In this document: positions 47,382 to 62,300 of the stretch, one piece after another
How positions within the stretch are numbered: position 1 is the stretch's first letter
Layout of the letters: each line of letters begins with the position of its first letter
DNA from: Phallusia mammillata
Taxonomy: Eukaryota
Direction: 5' to 3'
Length of the DNA stretch: 64,000 nucleotides
Assembly: GCA_965637545.1 (NCBI GenBank)
Contig: OZ281495.1
Location: forward strand, 21,328,001 to 21,392,000
Program-made: the position numbers and the translations under genes
Notes under the pieces: model-generated
What the model was told of the DNA's origin: nothing
Databases searched by the model: none
What the model saw: only the letters and a program-made list of their open reading frames with translations

Positions 47382-50300
47382 ATGGCCTCAACTCTTATCA
47401 ATGTGGCCTTGTCAAGCATTCGTCCAGCACATGCCTCATACTATGGAAACATTGATGCAAACAATCCAGTTGTCTGTGCAGCTGAAAAAGAGATAAAAGG
47501 AGTTCTAGCATACTTCTTTAAAAAAGCTGAAGGCTCAGATAGAACAGACACTGAAGCATGTTCTCGAGGGTAGGTAATTTGACTGCATTGTTTTCAAACC
47601 AATTGTCTGCATTAAATATTACAAACAAAATCAATGCTGTAACCATATTTCATGGTTTTGTTCAGGTCCAACTGGCTCTTTGATACATGGAATAAATATG
47701 AGCCTCGACTTCCACTGGAGCTCTTTTACAGTAAATTGATTGAGGTTGGAGATTATTTGCATAAACATGGATTTTATGATGTTGCAAGTAGACAATGCTT
47801 TGGACGATACATTGAGACAAGATACAAACAGAGTCCTCATGACCACACGCATGATGTTCACAAATATAAGGAAGCATTTTTTCATGAAAAACAAGAACCG
47901 CAGGATAGCATACTCACAGCAAGGGCATTGCTGGTAAAAATCTGAAACTGTTTTTTTATAAAGTTGTAATGGTATAAAGATGTGATGGTAAAACTGACTG
48001 TTGATTGTGCTTGTTTAAGGGTATTTATTTGTGTGAACACAAGAGCATTTTGGAACTGGATCCAGGCCTGCAGTTATCAAACTCAGTGGAAAAGATTTTA
48101 AACATTCTGGAGGGGTTAAGAACGTTTATGCAATGTCTAATGTCATATGAGTCTCTGTTTTGGATTTTGTACAACTGCACTATTGTCATGTATCAAATCT
48201 GCAGAGTGCTAATGACAACAGGCAACTCATTAAAGGTATGTAATTTTTGACATTATGTTATTTTGTTATACGTCATCAAATTTGGTTTAAGATTTTGACT
48301 AATTTGAATAAATCTTACAGGCTATAGAATATCTGCTTTGGGCTTCTGTGACTATGGAAACATCTGTTCCACTTCTTGGAGTTAAATATTTGACCTGGAG
48401 AGTAACCTTATACTCAGCTGTATGTTTGGCATACTATGATTGCAAGTCTGGTCATCATGCTGAGGTAAGTGTATGCTGAGAAGGTCAATAAAGCTACTGA
48501 GTTTTCAAACTAACAGAACTTTCATACTCACTTCATACAGGCATTTGCACGAAGAGCTCTTGGCAAGCTGCAGGAACTGAGTGAGTTGGAACGGTTAAGT
48601 GACAGTTCTGAGAGCGCTAATACACAATACATATTTCGTCAGGTTTGTCTATTTTATCTCTGTTAGTTTGAATATGCATTTGTAAACAATGTGATTTTGT
48701 TAGGCGACAGCCAAAATGGCATCAATGGTTTTCAAAAGAAGTGTTTATGAAACCAGAAGAAAGCCAAAAGGAATGCTGAGACCCAAAGTCAAGAACAACC
48801 TTAAAGAAGCTGCACAGGTATTTGAAGACATTAATTATGACTTTACATATCACAAGTGCTAACTTTCCAAAAATGTTTTGTCTAGCTGACCTGGCCAAGG
48901 ACAGTCACAGAAAAGCTGTTGAGTGAAATGTTTGAGGGTGGGGCAGCACAGTTTCTGGCAATACTTGAAGCACTTTCAGACACTCACAGAAGGACTCTGC
49001 AAACTGGACCATCTTCAACTGATGCAGATTTAAATGATGTAACAGCAGAATTGTTCTTCGCTGGCAAAGAAATTATTGCTGGTACAGTGCAAAAGTCATG
49101 TTTTGTTGTCATACTTTTAATACAGACGAATCCGGTTAATCACATCATTGATTTGCCAAGACATTTGATGCGATTAACTGGATTATGCGATAATCCGGTT
49201 GCTATGTAAACAGTACACGCCGTTAACATAAATGCTCATTCTTACATTAACGTTATATGTGTGTATAATTGAATTGCATTTTGTATTGTGTGTTTTAGGT
49301 GGTGGAGGAAGCTCAGGTCACATGGCAAGTGGTGCTGATCATTCAGTTCTGGCTGGTGTTCGTCATGACAAGTCTTTGATACAACTTGCTGCTGCTGGTA
49401 TATATGTCTGCTTTGTTTTTAAGGATGTATAATGAGCATTATATTCAATTTTTTGGCAAATACTTTTTGCAGGCGAGGATGGAGTCACTTTGATAAGTGT
49501 TGTGAGGTTTATTAAGCTGGCATTTTGTTATGAGCAGTGGTCCACTTTTAACACTATGTTAGACTGTGCTTTGATCTACATTAAGGTAATTTTGTTGTTT
49601 TTCTCCTATATAGTAGTACAAATTTTATGCACACATGTTCGGTACCGTTTTAAATCAGTCACTGTGAAAGTTTGTGGTTATAGATGTTTTTAAATCCATT
49701 ATGAAAAGTATTGCTTCTTTGCCAAGCATTTAAATGGATGTGTGGGATTGTATTTTTTGCAGAAATCAGGTGATGGCACACAACAAGATGGTTCAAGTGA
49801 ACATAGTGGCACGGAACTGTGTCTTGCCTTGCTGCTTGTCATGGAGCGATTGGTGCATTCTCGTTCACAGAAACGTGTTCAGACAACAACGAGTGGATCA
49901 GTTATGCCCTCTGGTGGTGATGATACAGCTGATTCTATTGCTCCGCCTCCCACACAAGGATCAATTCGCTCTGTGCAAATCAGTGATGATTTAGTGAACA
50001 TGGCAGAAACAGTATTTTACTGTATCAATGAGCCATCCTTGTTTTCACCTCAGGGACTCGATTTGGATGTGCTAATAGACAGGTGAGTTATTGCATTCAC
50101 ATACTGTTAAAAAGCCTAAATAGGAATGGACAAGTCAAAGTTTGGTATAAAGTGGTGTAAAAAATTCGGCATTTTTATACCTATTTTTACAAAAAGTCTT
50201 TAATGTAAAGGGACATGATTGTGGATGCAAGCCTTCTCCTTTGGCAAAAATGCAAGTTAGTATTTGGAAAACTTCACTCAGGATCTAAAACTGACATGGG

Positions 50301-53300
50301 TAGTATTCTCAATAGAACTGGAAGTCCAGGAAAGGTTAATAAAGCATATTGAAGATATTTAAATTTAATGATGATTTAAATCTATTTTAATTCTGCTGAC
50401 TGTTTTAGTGGATTCACATTTTGAGTATTGTCCATTCATCATTGATGTGGAGTGGAATTGGAGCTGTTGATCCTGAGCTTATTGCAGAAGTTTCCTTGAG
50501 ATTGTCATTAGCTTTAGAAGCCCTTGCCAGCTCTGATGGTTGGTAAAATATTTTTGTGTTTAAATTGAAAAAAAAATGGTTTGTTGTGCAATTTGGAAGA
50601 ACTATTACGTTTTTAATTTTTTTATGCTTTTGATATTAACTTTTTGGTAAAAAAAACTCCCAAATGGCTTTAAAACGGCCATTTTTGTGTCTTTAAGGTT
50701 CACCATTTCAAACAGATGAAATTGGCAATATGTCAAGACACTCTATGTATTCCACAACCCAAATGTCACCTGCTTCCCAACTTAGCAACGCACTACAGGT
50801 AGTTAAGGATGGAATGGATTGTCTTTCAACTGGCCGATCTAACATGGCAACAAATGATGCCAAATATGTGGCTGATATCTCGTGGATGCACAAAGATGAT
50901 CAGGTATAGGTATAGTTTTTCACTCACAGGTCCTTATTTCACCATTGGCCACCAAGTGTCTACATGTTTTTGTGACCATTGGGATGGTAATATATCTTTC
51001 CTGTCCATAATCAGTGTGTTCTTTTAGATTGTTGCTGACTTGACACCAACCTCAGAACAGTTTATTAGAGATCTTCATGTGGAACTACTTACAATTCACC
51101 ACAGAATTGCTTTGAAATTAATAAATTACAACACATCCCAACAAACTATACATCAGGAACAAAGCACCTTAAGCAGAGCAACCTCAACTATGTAAGTTTT
51201 ACAGTCATTTGTTCAAACCCCATTTGACAAGTGACATTTTGACGAATAAGTCTGCTTTTACCAAGCATTGGCTTGCAAAAACATTAACTTGTGGATGTTT
51301 ATTGTTAGTTGCTTAGAACTTAAAGGCCCAATCACAAAAATCGACGAACTTGACTGAAATTCAATGATTGAAAATTCTGTTTACATTTTTCAGGGCTATA
51401 AAAAATGTCACTGAAGCAAGCTTGAATCAAAGTATTGGAGGATCACTTTTGTCCAAAGCTATTCTGCTAATGCAGAAAGCTGACCGGCAGTCAGCGGATG
51501 ATACCAAAGCTGAAAAGTTACTTTCAAAAGCAGCAGCAACAATACAAAAGGCCCAAACGGACGAAAAGATGTATGCACACGCTTTACCTTATTGGAACTG
51601 CTCATGGATTTCTTCATTATGTTTTAAGTTTTATTTATTTTGTACAGGTTGTTTGAGGACAGTTGGTTGAGGTTGAACAGAAGTGAAGAGAATGAAGAAT
51701 ATTCTCCAATTCCTCCACCTCCTATTCTTCTCTCACGCTCACCTACTTCCATGACATTCAAACCAGCCTACTTTGTCCCCGACTCCATGAAGGTGCAAAA
51801 ATTTTTTTTTAGTAACTTATGAAGCAGTAATATCAGAGTTATTCCAGGAATTTGTAATTATCTGGTTTTATGTGTAGGTGGCTTGGTACAGAATCTTTGG
51901 TCGTCTTTCTGCTGGACCTAATGTGAAAGTTCGACTTAACGACTACTACTTGCCAGGTTTGTATTTTACGTGATCTCGTGATAGAGTAGAGTAGTAGACG
52001 GACGCTGAACATTGAAAACGTGCTAACTGTTTCGTTTTTCACAACGTGGCGAATCAAACAGCACTAAACACCTTCAAAATGGTTCAAAACTTTAATGGTG
52101 AAAATAGACGTAAAAAGCGACATGCTTTATTGTTCAAACGTTTCGGCAAATGCTCATGTCATCATCAGTGATATGAAGGGACACATCAGTTACATTTACA
52201 CTTTTATTTGAAACAGGAACTGGAGACGAGGTACCAGCTGGTAGAAATTGTGAACTAAGGGTGGACGGCTTGGAACCGAACCAGAGATACGTGTTTGCAG
52301 TAGCTGCTTACACAAGTGATGGAAAACTAATTGGTGGTTCGGTTGGGACGACTGGTCGATCCATCGTCGCTTGTCATCCACTCTCTGTGCTCTCAACCTG
52401 GGGATTCCTAGCGCAGGTTGGTAGACTCTTGTCTGCGAATGTGTGTGTTTTTTAGTAATAAAACTAGGGGGTTGTGACGAATTAATTTAGCTAAGTAGCC
52501 AGTTGCTGGGTCTGACCTACCGTCAAACAGCTCTAAAACGCCTTGTTCAAGAGCAATTGTCTGTTATTGTCCATTGTGATTGTTGTTTTTGTCTTTTCTG
52601 AGGCTTCAAAGTATAGGCCTGTCAATCAAACTTTCGGGCCTAAACGGGCTTTTCTGATTGGACCACCACGTTAGCGCTAACTTTTGTGTTTATAACGTTC
52701 GTTTTACATAGATGAGCTACAAGTTGGGGTGCCTCAGCATCTCGAAACAGTCGTGTTCAGTGTTGTGGGATCATTTCATTGAAGCTCCTTCGGACATTTC
52801 GACCGAGGCGTGGACAAGCACAGCCAGGCAGGATTTTTCACTCACCACCTACCATCTTGACCAGGAGGTGGCGCTGGCGTGCTCCCCGGTGCTGTTGCGT
52901 CACGCGATGACGTCAATTTTTGTCGGAGTGGAGACAGCGGTCAGGGAAAACGAGATTTACTGTGATAAGCTGTGCAACAAGGGCCCGCTTATGCCAAGTA
53001 AGAATCAAGTTTGCGATTTAAAAAAAAAAATAGCGCAAAAATATAATCTCTAACAGCAAATTACACTAAAACGGTTTATTGATCAGACAGCGGCAACGAA
53101 ACAAGAATATATTTTGTATTTTTTTGTTATGGGCTGCATGTCTGTTTTAAGTTATACCGTATATACTCGCAGATAGGTCGCAACTTTTCCTTATATTTAA
53201 AAACAAATATAGGTGCGACCAATCCGCTCGACGTAAGTGCAAATCGCCACCAAGTCGGAACAAAATTGAAAGTTTTCGGCTATTGCAAGTACCGTATTTT

Positions 53301-56300
53301 CCGGCTAAAAGGCGATTTTCAGGACCTTACGTTTTCCACCTAATTTTCTGGGGTCGGCTTATTGGGCGGATATAACGTATTTATTCGAGTATAACGCGCA
53401 AAATTTTATACTAATTTTCAAAGAAAAAATTAAGGGTGGGCGTTATAGACGCGAATTGTAGTGGAAATGTTCTATTGCCACTGTGGTTCCATCGAATACG
53501 GGTGCATGCGCTCGTGCACGCACATACCAATGCGATGGGAGCCTTTCGCATCAAACGAATGAAAACAAATCTCCAGACAACTCTCGGACAACATTAACAG
53601 ATTCAACTTTTTTTACCAGGCCAAATAGCCCGTCTTCGCGAGTGCGAACGTATGCTGGTAGCCATGGAAATCGCCGGTTGGTTAAACGATACCTCTTCAC
53701 TGCTTCAAGCTGTAATACAAACTTACGGGTTGATCGCACCCATCATACAAGCCGACGTGTCAGTCATTCCAGTGCTACAGGTTTCACTTTTTGTTTCATT
53801 TAAACAAAATGTAGTGCAACGGAAAAGTGGCTTAAAAATTATCCTTTTTTTGTGCATTTGTCTCAGGTTGGGTCGAGATGCCACTCAGCTCTACAAGAAG
53901 TGAGTGGCGCACTCAAACTTAAGAAATCGTCGTTTGTCGCCGAATCCCTTCATCACATGGTTGCTGTGCTTACAAATTATATCGCTAAGGTTCGTAGATA
54001 AACACAGAATTTAACTGTAATCGTCCAATGCGTTTACAAGTTCCAATGGAACACACACAGTAGACCGTTAGAAATCAATTGTTGTGTGGGGCAGGTGACT
54101 AAAGCATATGGAAAGAACCAGGCTGCGCTAACTGCAATCGAATCCGGCAAACAAATGCTTCGTATGGAAGGAAATTCCTTTGTGTTGGGCGAAAGTGGAC
54201 ACACCGAAGAACAGACTAGTTCTACCAAGCGAAGCAAGTAGGTTTATTTAACATAAAGCTATTCTAAATAAATTTATGTGCGGTAAGGGTCTGAGAAGAA
54301 TTGTTCACAAAAACATATGTTTTTGCATTTTAAAGCCAGTTTCTTGTGAGGGCAGCACTGAATTTTGCCGTACAGTGTACGGAGAAAAAAATTACGACAA
54401 ACTTATTTTACGCAGAATTGTATGAGAAAAAAAACACACAGACACATTACCACAAATATACGTCGTTGTCTTTTGTTTCATCGCACATTTTATGTCAGAT
54501 CTCGAAAAGGAGCTGTTCCTGAGGTCGTTTCGAACCTGGAGTTGGCGGCGCTCGAAGAACGACTTGCTGAGATGTCACGTGAGACCAGAGCTGCCGGGGA
54601 ACTGACTGGGTTCGAGGAAGCACCGCAAGTACTGGTTCGACTTTCTCGCATGAGACCGATCGTCGCTTATCGCGAGTTGGCGAAGTTTAGGCGCAGAACA
54701 CGATATTTGGAATTCTTCGTATTTGTGAGTGATTATGGGTTTTTGGTATTTTTTGCGTTTTAGATGCGACAATTGAACAATTCGGTAATCGTTACTTCTT
54801 ACAAGTTCATCTCGAACAGTACTTCTCAACCGGTAGTATTTAAACCGCTGATGGTACATGATCCCTTTTTAGATGGTCCATGGGGCGTTTAAAACCAATA
54901 TATATTTCAGAGTTAGCTCTCAATCATGTTACATCATTTTCCAAATTTCTGTTTGGAAGAACTGTATTTCAAGGCAAAATGCTTGTTGTGTTTGCTAAGT
55001 TTAATCTTACTCAAAATATGATGGTCCACGATATTTTGACTGGAACGGTGGTCCATGGCCTAAATCGAGTTAAGATCCATGTCTTAGAACGTCCGTAAGA
55101 TGTTTACGTTTCAAGGCAAAATTAAAAAAGACTTGCTAAATATACTGAAAAGAGTTCCCAGTGTAGGCCTGTCTTAAACCTAAATTCATTATTAAAGCAT
55201 CTCACATAACGCAGGTGCTACGTAAAGCTCTGCGCCTGCAGCAGGTCGACATTGCCATCGATTGGTCAAAGGAAGTCCTTACCACCTTACATCGCCGAAA
55301 TGAAACGTTTGCTGTCAATCGCTCAGTAGTCTCGAAGCAGCCTGGCGGATTGGCGGTTCAGGGGGAAGAGGCGAGAAAATACGCGGCTGCTGTGGTTGAA
55401 TTTTCGCAGGAGGCACCAAAGAAAAGAGTGAAGCAAAAGTAAGTGCAAAGTATTTCCAGTTGTAATGATATAAAACAAACTATCTTTAGGTTACGTTGTC
55501 AAGGTGTAAACTCCGAATATCAACAAATGTAGCGAAGTCAATTAATTATTACATCAAACAGTTATACATGGTTGCACAAATACCAGTACATAAACTTTTA
55601 CTAACAATATTTACTTTTCCTGAAAACGCACATGCTACCAAATAGCCCATAATGTTGACACATTGTCATGGCATTTAACGTAGAGACAAGCAGAAGAAGT
55701 TGGCGATTCTGCGCAAGAGAAGCGGTCCTAGCGCCACGAGTGAAGGTCAGGAAGAAGCTGAGCTTGGTGCTTTGTGCTTGTTGGAACAAAATTTCGTCGA
55801 GTTTTACCGCAATGCTGTCAAACGCAAAAAACTCCGCAGGGTAAGACCTACCCATAGATGTTGCTTGTGTTACCTATAAAATCTTTTTTGGGAAATGGTT
55901 TCTATTGTATTGAACTAAACTGTGTGTTTATCTAATCCAGGTTTCTAATGATGAAATGCCGTGGCGTTCTGAGTTCAACCACTTGGTGGCTCTACTGCAT
56001 TATGACGTTTTTCTTGACAAGATCAAAGACAGAAACCATGTGCACGGCGTAAGGACGCCAAGATCCCACACAGTCGACTTCTTGGACCAGGTAAATTGGC
56101 CCTCATGTGTATCAGGTACACCTCTAATGATCCCACGTAGCCTAGGAATGGCGTACATGGACTGAAGTGTAAAATGAAAAAGTATACAACAGATAGTGGC
56201 TATAACATATTTGGTAAAAATGTTTGTTTATACTGTACATACTGTACTAGAAGTGCAGAGTGTAGGCAGATAGCGAGCCAAAATGAAAAAAGTAAATGTT

Positions 56301-59300
56301 TCCACGAAAGTTGGTGGTTAAAAGTGTTAGTCGTCGCATTCGTGTCAAACTGTAATAATGCTCGACAAAATGTAATTTAAAAAAATCTTTAATCTCTGTC
56401 TCTGTCAAAAAACAAGAAAAAAATGTATTCGGTAGTTATTATTGGCTGTTTCATGTCAGCCTTTATTTTGCTTCTGAAAAAATAACCAATATTCTGTTCC
56501 TGCAAAATTATTAGATCTTATCAGCCATTTAATAAGAGGCATAGGGTTAATTTTCCGGCAATCAATGTAACTTGTATTAATTGTCCTTATGTCTGATCAA
56601 TTTATTGCATTTTAATAATCTAGGGATGGTGGTCATTTGATTCTTGTGGAACTCTGGTGGTCGGATGGAGTGACGGAACTTCTTATCATTACGACACACC
56701 CACTGAGGGAACATCTGACCTTCTTTTAACGCTAGAAAAGGCGGCACATCTTGCCATTTCAACATCACTGGGTTCGTAAAGATTTACAATGATAATGGTT
56801 TGTATGACGAACATGCCACCCATTTGTAAACTTTCTTGAACTCAGGATTCTTAGCTTTGTTGGAACAGTCATTCATTATTTGACCCCAAATTATATACTG
56901 TTCAACAGTGATTATTGTAGCAACTTTTTTTTAGGTTGTCGAAAAAAAAACACTTGCCCCCAGCGTGTGTGACTTGTTTACAAAATCGCGACAATATACT
57001 TGCTCGCTAAACGTATTCTTGCATTAACTAACATGTGTACAAATAATATGTTGTCGTAATTTTCTCGCAATAAAAAAACTTTCTGATGATGTTAGTGGCG
57101 GAACCGATAGCTCCCACACAACCGGCTGCAGCTCCTGTGGTCGACGATGAGACAGCGGCTCGACCGGAAAGTCCGCGAACACTTCGAACAAACTCACCTA
57201 CATCGGTTCTCTCTGCTCACACAATCGACCCTGAAATGCAAGCAATCCAACCTTCTGTTATACTTGATACCTTAAAGGTAGAATAACTATAATGTTGATT
57301 TCAGCTGCGAATAATTAATTGAACTTGCTTACTGTTCGAAACACTAAATCTCTCTTTTGAAGGCAAATCAGTATACGTATTTAAACGGTGCTATACGGAG
57401 TTATTTAAGCATCACTGCCGAGTGAATTTTTTGGTTAGATTTTTTTTTGGGGTGTATCACTGTTATTAAACAAATTCTTTTTAATTCATGTTGTGTCAGC
57501 AGTTTTGCGCTATCTTTCCCTAAATTCCACTGAACAAAAATGCACAATCTACAACAAAAATGCTTCTTCATGACCAAGCATGGGTAGTTTTGGTTACTTT
57601 TGTAGTACTTGTCCAAGAATTACAGGATTACATGGCTATTAAGCTGCTGTTTTAAATAATAGACATCTATGCTGAGTTTCCGTCGGGGCTTGGTACTTGC
57701 ACACCGTGGTCATCACTGGACACTTTTGCAAAATATCGCAAAATCTCTCCTATCGTGTCTCACGTCTGCACTGCAAGCCATGTCTGATAATGTGGAAGCT
57801 GTTGTTACCACTGAACAAATCAGGTGTGTATTGTTTCTTGATTTTACTCGTGTTTGTCATTTTTGGGTAGACAAACTATCATTGTGATATAGTTAAGGTA
57901 TTGCAAAAGCTAAAAAGATGTATGTCTTAAACCTGCATTAAATATGAATACAAAAAAATTCTATATTTTGTGCAATTGCGCTTGCTATATTTTGCTATCA
58001 TTGAAAATTTAGGCAAATGCATGTTAATTTTATCCATTATTTAGTGCAGTTTTGTTTTCGAACAACTTTTTTGTGAACGATAATAATCTGTGGCCCACTT
58101 TTAACAAACTGGTTAAACAGTTTCTGTAACTTTTAGGCGTCAAAATGTTTTTCACCCGAAAAAGTCAGGATTTTGTTAAAAATCTATATAGTTGCCTAGC
58201 AATCACAGATGTTCCTCGCAGATCAATCGTATGGCATCCGGTCGCAATGGCAGCTGATCTCCTGCTTGACATGTTGGTTCGGATGCAAGATGCCAAGCAA
58301 TGTGGCGATTGGCCTGTGGAGAGCCTTGTGGGTGATATGACCAGTGTGAAGGGAGGGGCTTCCCTAAAATTTGAAAACCAAGTGGATGACATCAGTTTAG
58401 CTGACGCGGCCCTGGTAAAACGCATCGTCTTTCAAGCGGTTCAAATCCTTCATTTCGAATCGAGGTGGATTTTTGCGTGTTTAAGTCATATATGTGTGTT
58501 TTTTATTTAATTTTAAATACACAAACAATTTTAGATGGGAAACTTTGGTGGACATCTGTTTGCGTTTTTCCGCACTCACCCACGACCGCTACAGTGACAT
58601 CATAACACCTGTGTTGGTACACGCACAATATCGACTCAGGGATCGAGTGCAAAATTATAGAGGCGAAAAACATCCACAGACGCACTTCATTGAAGCTGCA
58701 CAAGACCTGGGAAAAAAGAAAGTTGACAATAGGTAATAATTTTCATGACAGATTGATTTAACAATAAAACTATGTGTGGTTGAAGAGAGGATGATATACA
58801 GCACAGAGTTGTAAGTCCGGTCGGGTTCGGTTTTAGACCGGTTTCGGCCTAAGTTTGAAAACAAACGCACTACAATCGGGCCAGGCTGGATATGCCTTAT
58901 TTGTGCCACAATTCCACCAACTTTCGGGCGTAAAAAAATCGCGTCCAGTTCTGAGCTTGTACTACTAGGTTATAACTCTGATATAGCCGTACGTGCCTTT
59001 TGAACAATTTCTTGAGTCGTTGATACATAATATGCAGAGATACCTTTTAGAGAATGTTTCACTGTGTTGGTATACAACTTTTTGTTTGCAATCATTTTTT
59101 GCAGTGACTATTTGCGTCTCAATCTACAAATCAACTTTGATAATGACGCGTCGTCTGTAGGAGTTGGTGGTCACATTGATCCTGCTGCACACGACGTATA
59201 CGAAAGTGGAAGACGCGCTCTAGCGCTCTCTCGTGTCCCATTCAACCCCACCCACAGGTAGCAATTACTTACAATGATTGGTCACAATTTATTGTTAACG

Positions 59301-62300
59301 TTTGGTTGTTTCTTGTACAAGTATGGAACGACTCCGTGTGACGATGTCCAAGTCTCAATACATGTCCCGGGCCTTGCAACATTCCAGGCGGCTGCTGTCA
59401 ATCTACTTGGCTTCGCAAAACAGCAAAGTGGCCAAGTCACGCAAAACCAGTGCCAAGTAAGTTAACAATTGCCAGAGGCAACAACAGCAGATAAACCGAC
59501 CAACGTTAAATCGCAATTTTGTTTGGAAAAAACAAACACTAAAACTCATTTACATGTAACCAATTGATGAAATGTAGAAATGGAGAAAAAAAATATAACT
59601 GTTGGAGACTTTCCAGGTCTAAAAATGTGACCCAATGCCAACTCATTTACCTTCTAGGTTGGAATCTGCGAGTTCTTACGTGGAGTTTTCGACAAAACAT
59701 GAGGAGCCTCATTCTACCAGCCCACCTGACGTCACAAATCTCGACTTCAATTCAACTGACGTAGTTGAAACACTTGCCTCGTCACAACTTTCAACAGTTA
59801 TCCAGTCTTATAATCGGTAATTGACATGTTCAATTTCGTAAAAAAAATAATTCGTAAAATTTCGCAAAAAGCGACCATCTGAATGAATGCGTGGCCTTAT
59901 CATGTATAAAATCGCTTTTTAGTTACTTGCATAACAGAATATACCGACTGTTGTTTTTTTGCGTGAAACTTCCTTGAAAGTCTCATTGAGGGTTTTTAAG
60001 TTAACTTTAACGGACTGATTTTAATTAAATTGAGTTCTTTGTAATTGCAGAACGATTGAACTACTAATGTCTCATGGAGAGCGGGATTTGGTTGCCCAAG
60101 CATCCAACGAACTTGCTGACCTTTTTTATCACCAAGGCAACAAGCGAGCTGCACATAAGTGGTGGACAACTGCTCTTGACCAAGTTAGTTCACATTTGTT
60201 TGATGCAGTGTTTTACTGTACCCGAGTCGCGACCCCAAAATTGTTAGGTTAATTTATTGATGAGCATATACAATACCCATTTGTGTCATTTAAGTATTTG
60301 AAGTTAAACCAGGTGAACTAAGTTTAGGATAATCACCTAGCATCTCATTTGATTGCATTTTGAATTTTCAACTATGATTTAGTTATATTAGTTTAGTTAC
60401 GGGGAGAGCGCAATGTAGGTATAATTGGGGTCTATGCCCAAAAAGGTTTAGGTAATGCTTTGAAGTGAGAACAAACACAATTACTGTGGTCCTTAACTTC
60501 ATTTTATTCTGTTTAGATACTCAGATGCAAAGACTCAATACACGAATGGAGAAAATCTATAAAGGATGCAGATAATATTCCTAGTCATTTTCTCGGGATG
60601 TGCGGCGTGTGGGGATGTTTGCTGGCAATATCTTTGGCATGCAAAATAGGTAAACCCCCAGTTGTTATAGCCCTAACCCCTTCTAAAGGGGCCATATTCC
60701 TAATCTGCTTTCGTGTTATTTTTGCTCATTATAGGTGCAAAATTGTTCATTGTACCATTTCCTGATCAATTAACAGCTAGGGCAGTAACTTGGCCGAATG
60801 GATCAGGGCGCCCGGCCCACACAGACATAAAAAACTGTTTAGGATTCGTCCCCGGGAGCGTCGTGGGTTAAAAGAAATTAAGCCAAAATTTGACCTTGTC
60901 ATATTTAAACATACGTGTCATTTAGTTTCGAATTCATATAGTTTATATGGCAACATGGATTTTTTGTTGTATAGGTGAACTGACAATGGTGGACGTGAAC
61001 ATGAAATCGGGATGTGCGCTCCTTGCAGCTGATCTTGTCCGATCCATTTTCCGATCTTCACTTCCTCATCCAACAGCGGATTTTGATTATGCTTCATACG
61101 AGATCATTCCATCGGTGGCCGAGTCTTCACTTTATACATCACCCGTTAAAGCCAGGTGAGAACATTTTATAAAATTAGTTTTCATTTTTAAGAAGGGACA
61201 ATAAAACGACTTTTTGTTCTATTTTCCGACTTATTAGTATTGGAGTGCTTCAGTTTCATGTCCTTTTTGACACTGTGTTGATTAAATTCGTTTTCTGCAT
61301 TTTAAGGCTTTAGGCTATGTTTAAAAATGTAACTATATATATTTTTATATATGCACGGTTTCGTAATTCTTCATAAAATTTGCAGGCAGATTTTGTACGC
61401 GAGTATTTATGTTTATTTTTAGATCATCTGTTTTAAAGTCACGTGTTCAGTCAAACAATCTGATGAATGGAATCGATATTTTCTCCGACCGATTTCGTTG
61501 CAGTCTTCAGAGTGTAGTGGCATCCTTACACTGGCTGTGTGATACACTTGTCAGCTTTAAATTCAATCTTCCCGCGTTGCCTGCGCTAACTTTCTACCAA
61601 TACCTCGCTACATTTGTTTGCAGGTATGTTTGTGTTTTCACTTTATCGTTTGACATGTATTTCGCAGTGATTGAAAACAACAGTAGTCAAGATCAGTCAG
61701 TAACCAAGTACTCGATAAGCCTGGCTATTTTGACAGCACAAAGTATACTAGACATCGCAAAACTTAACAAGTCTACAGATTTCAATTGAATGCGGGTTTC
61801 AATTGTTTTTTTGTTTTTTTTTATTTTGTGTCAGTATCAAATGTCGTTACGTCATGTTTGTGTGATGTCATTTCACCCCGATGGCCCTTTTGCACAGTAT
61901 TTAAGTTAAAATATACTACAACTGAGGTGACAAGTTTTTGTTTTGCAGCGCTATTTGAAAATAGCTTTGTATTAGCCGTTATGGCAAAGACAATTTTGGC
62001 ATCTGACTTTTTCTGTAAATTTTCAGTATGTTCACTTTCGTGCATTGAAGTATTTTAAATCTAAACAAGTGTGACTTATTTTGCAGTGAAAATATTACAC
62101 GATTCCTTTATGTTAACTCCATTTTGTGACCGTTACATTTAAGGGACCTACAGAGATCGGTTCATTGCCGATGCCAAAAGCTTTCCGCCCTCATTGACCT
62201 TCGCATGTTCAAGGAGGCGACCAACGAAGCAATCAACTTGTTGTACGGAGTTCGACTTCCTCATCCCAGTGACGTCTCATACGCGTCACCTGACACACCT

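Noticed and set aside
54230-54245. Apparent GCAAGT GC donor in CFAP54
   Set aside because: The adjacent GTAGGT donor gives the phase 2 required by the next exon.
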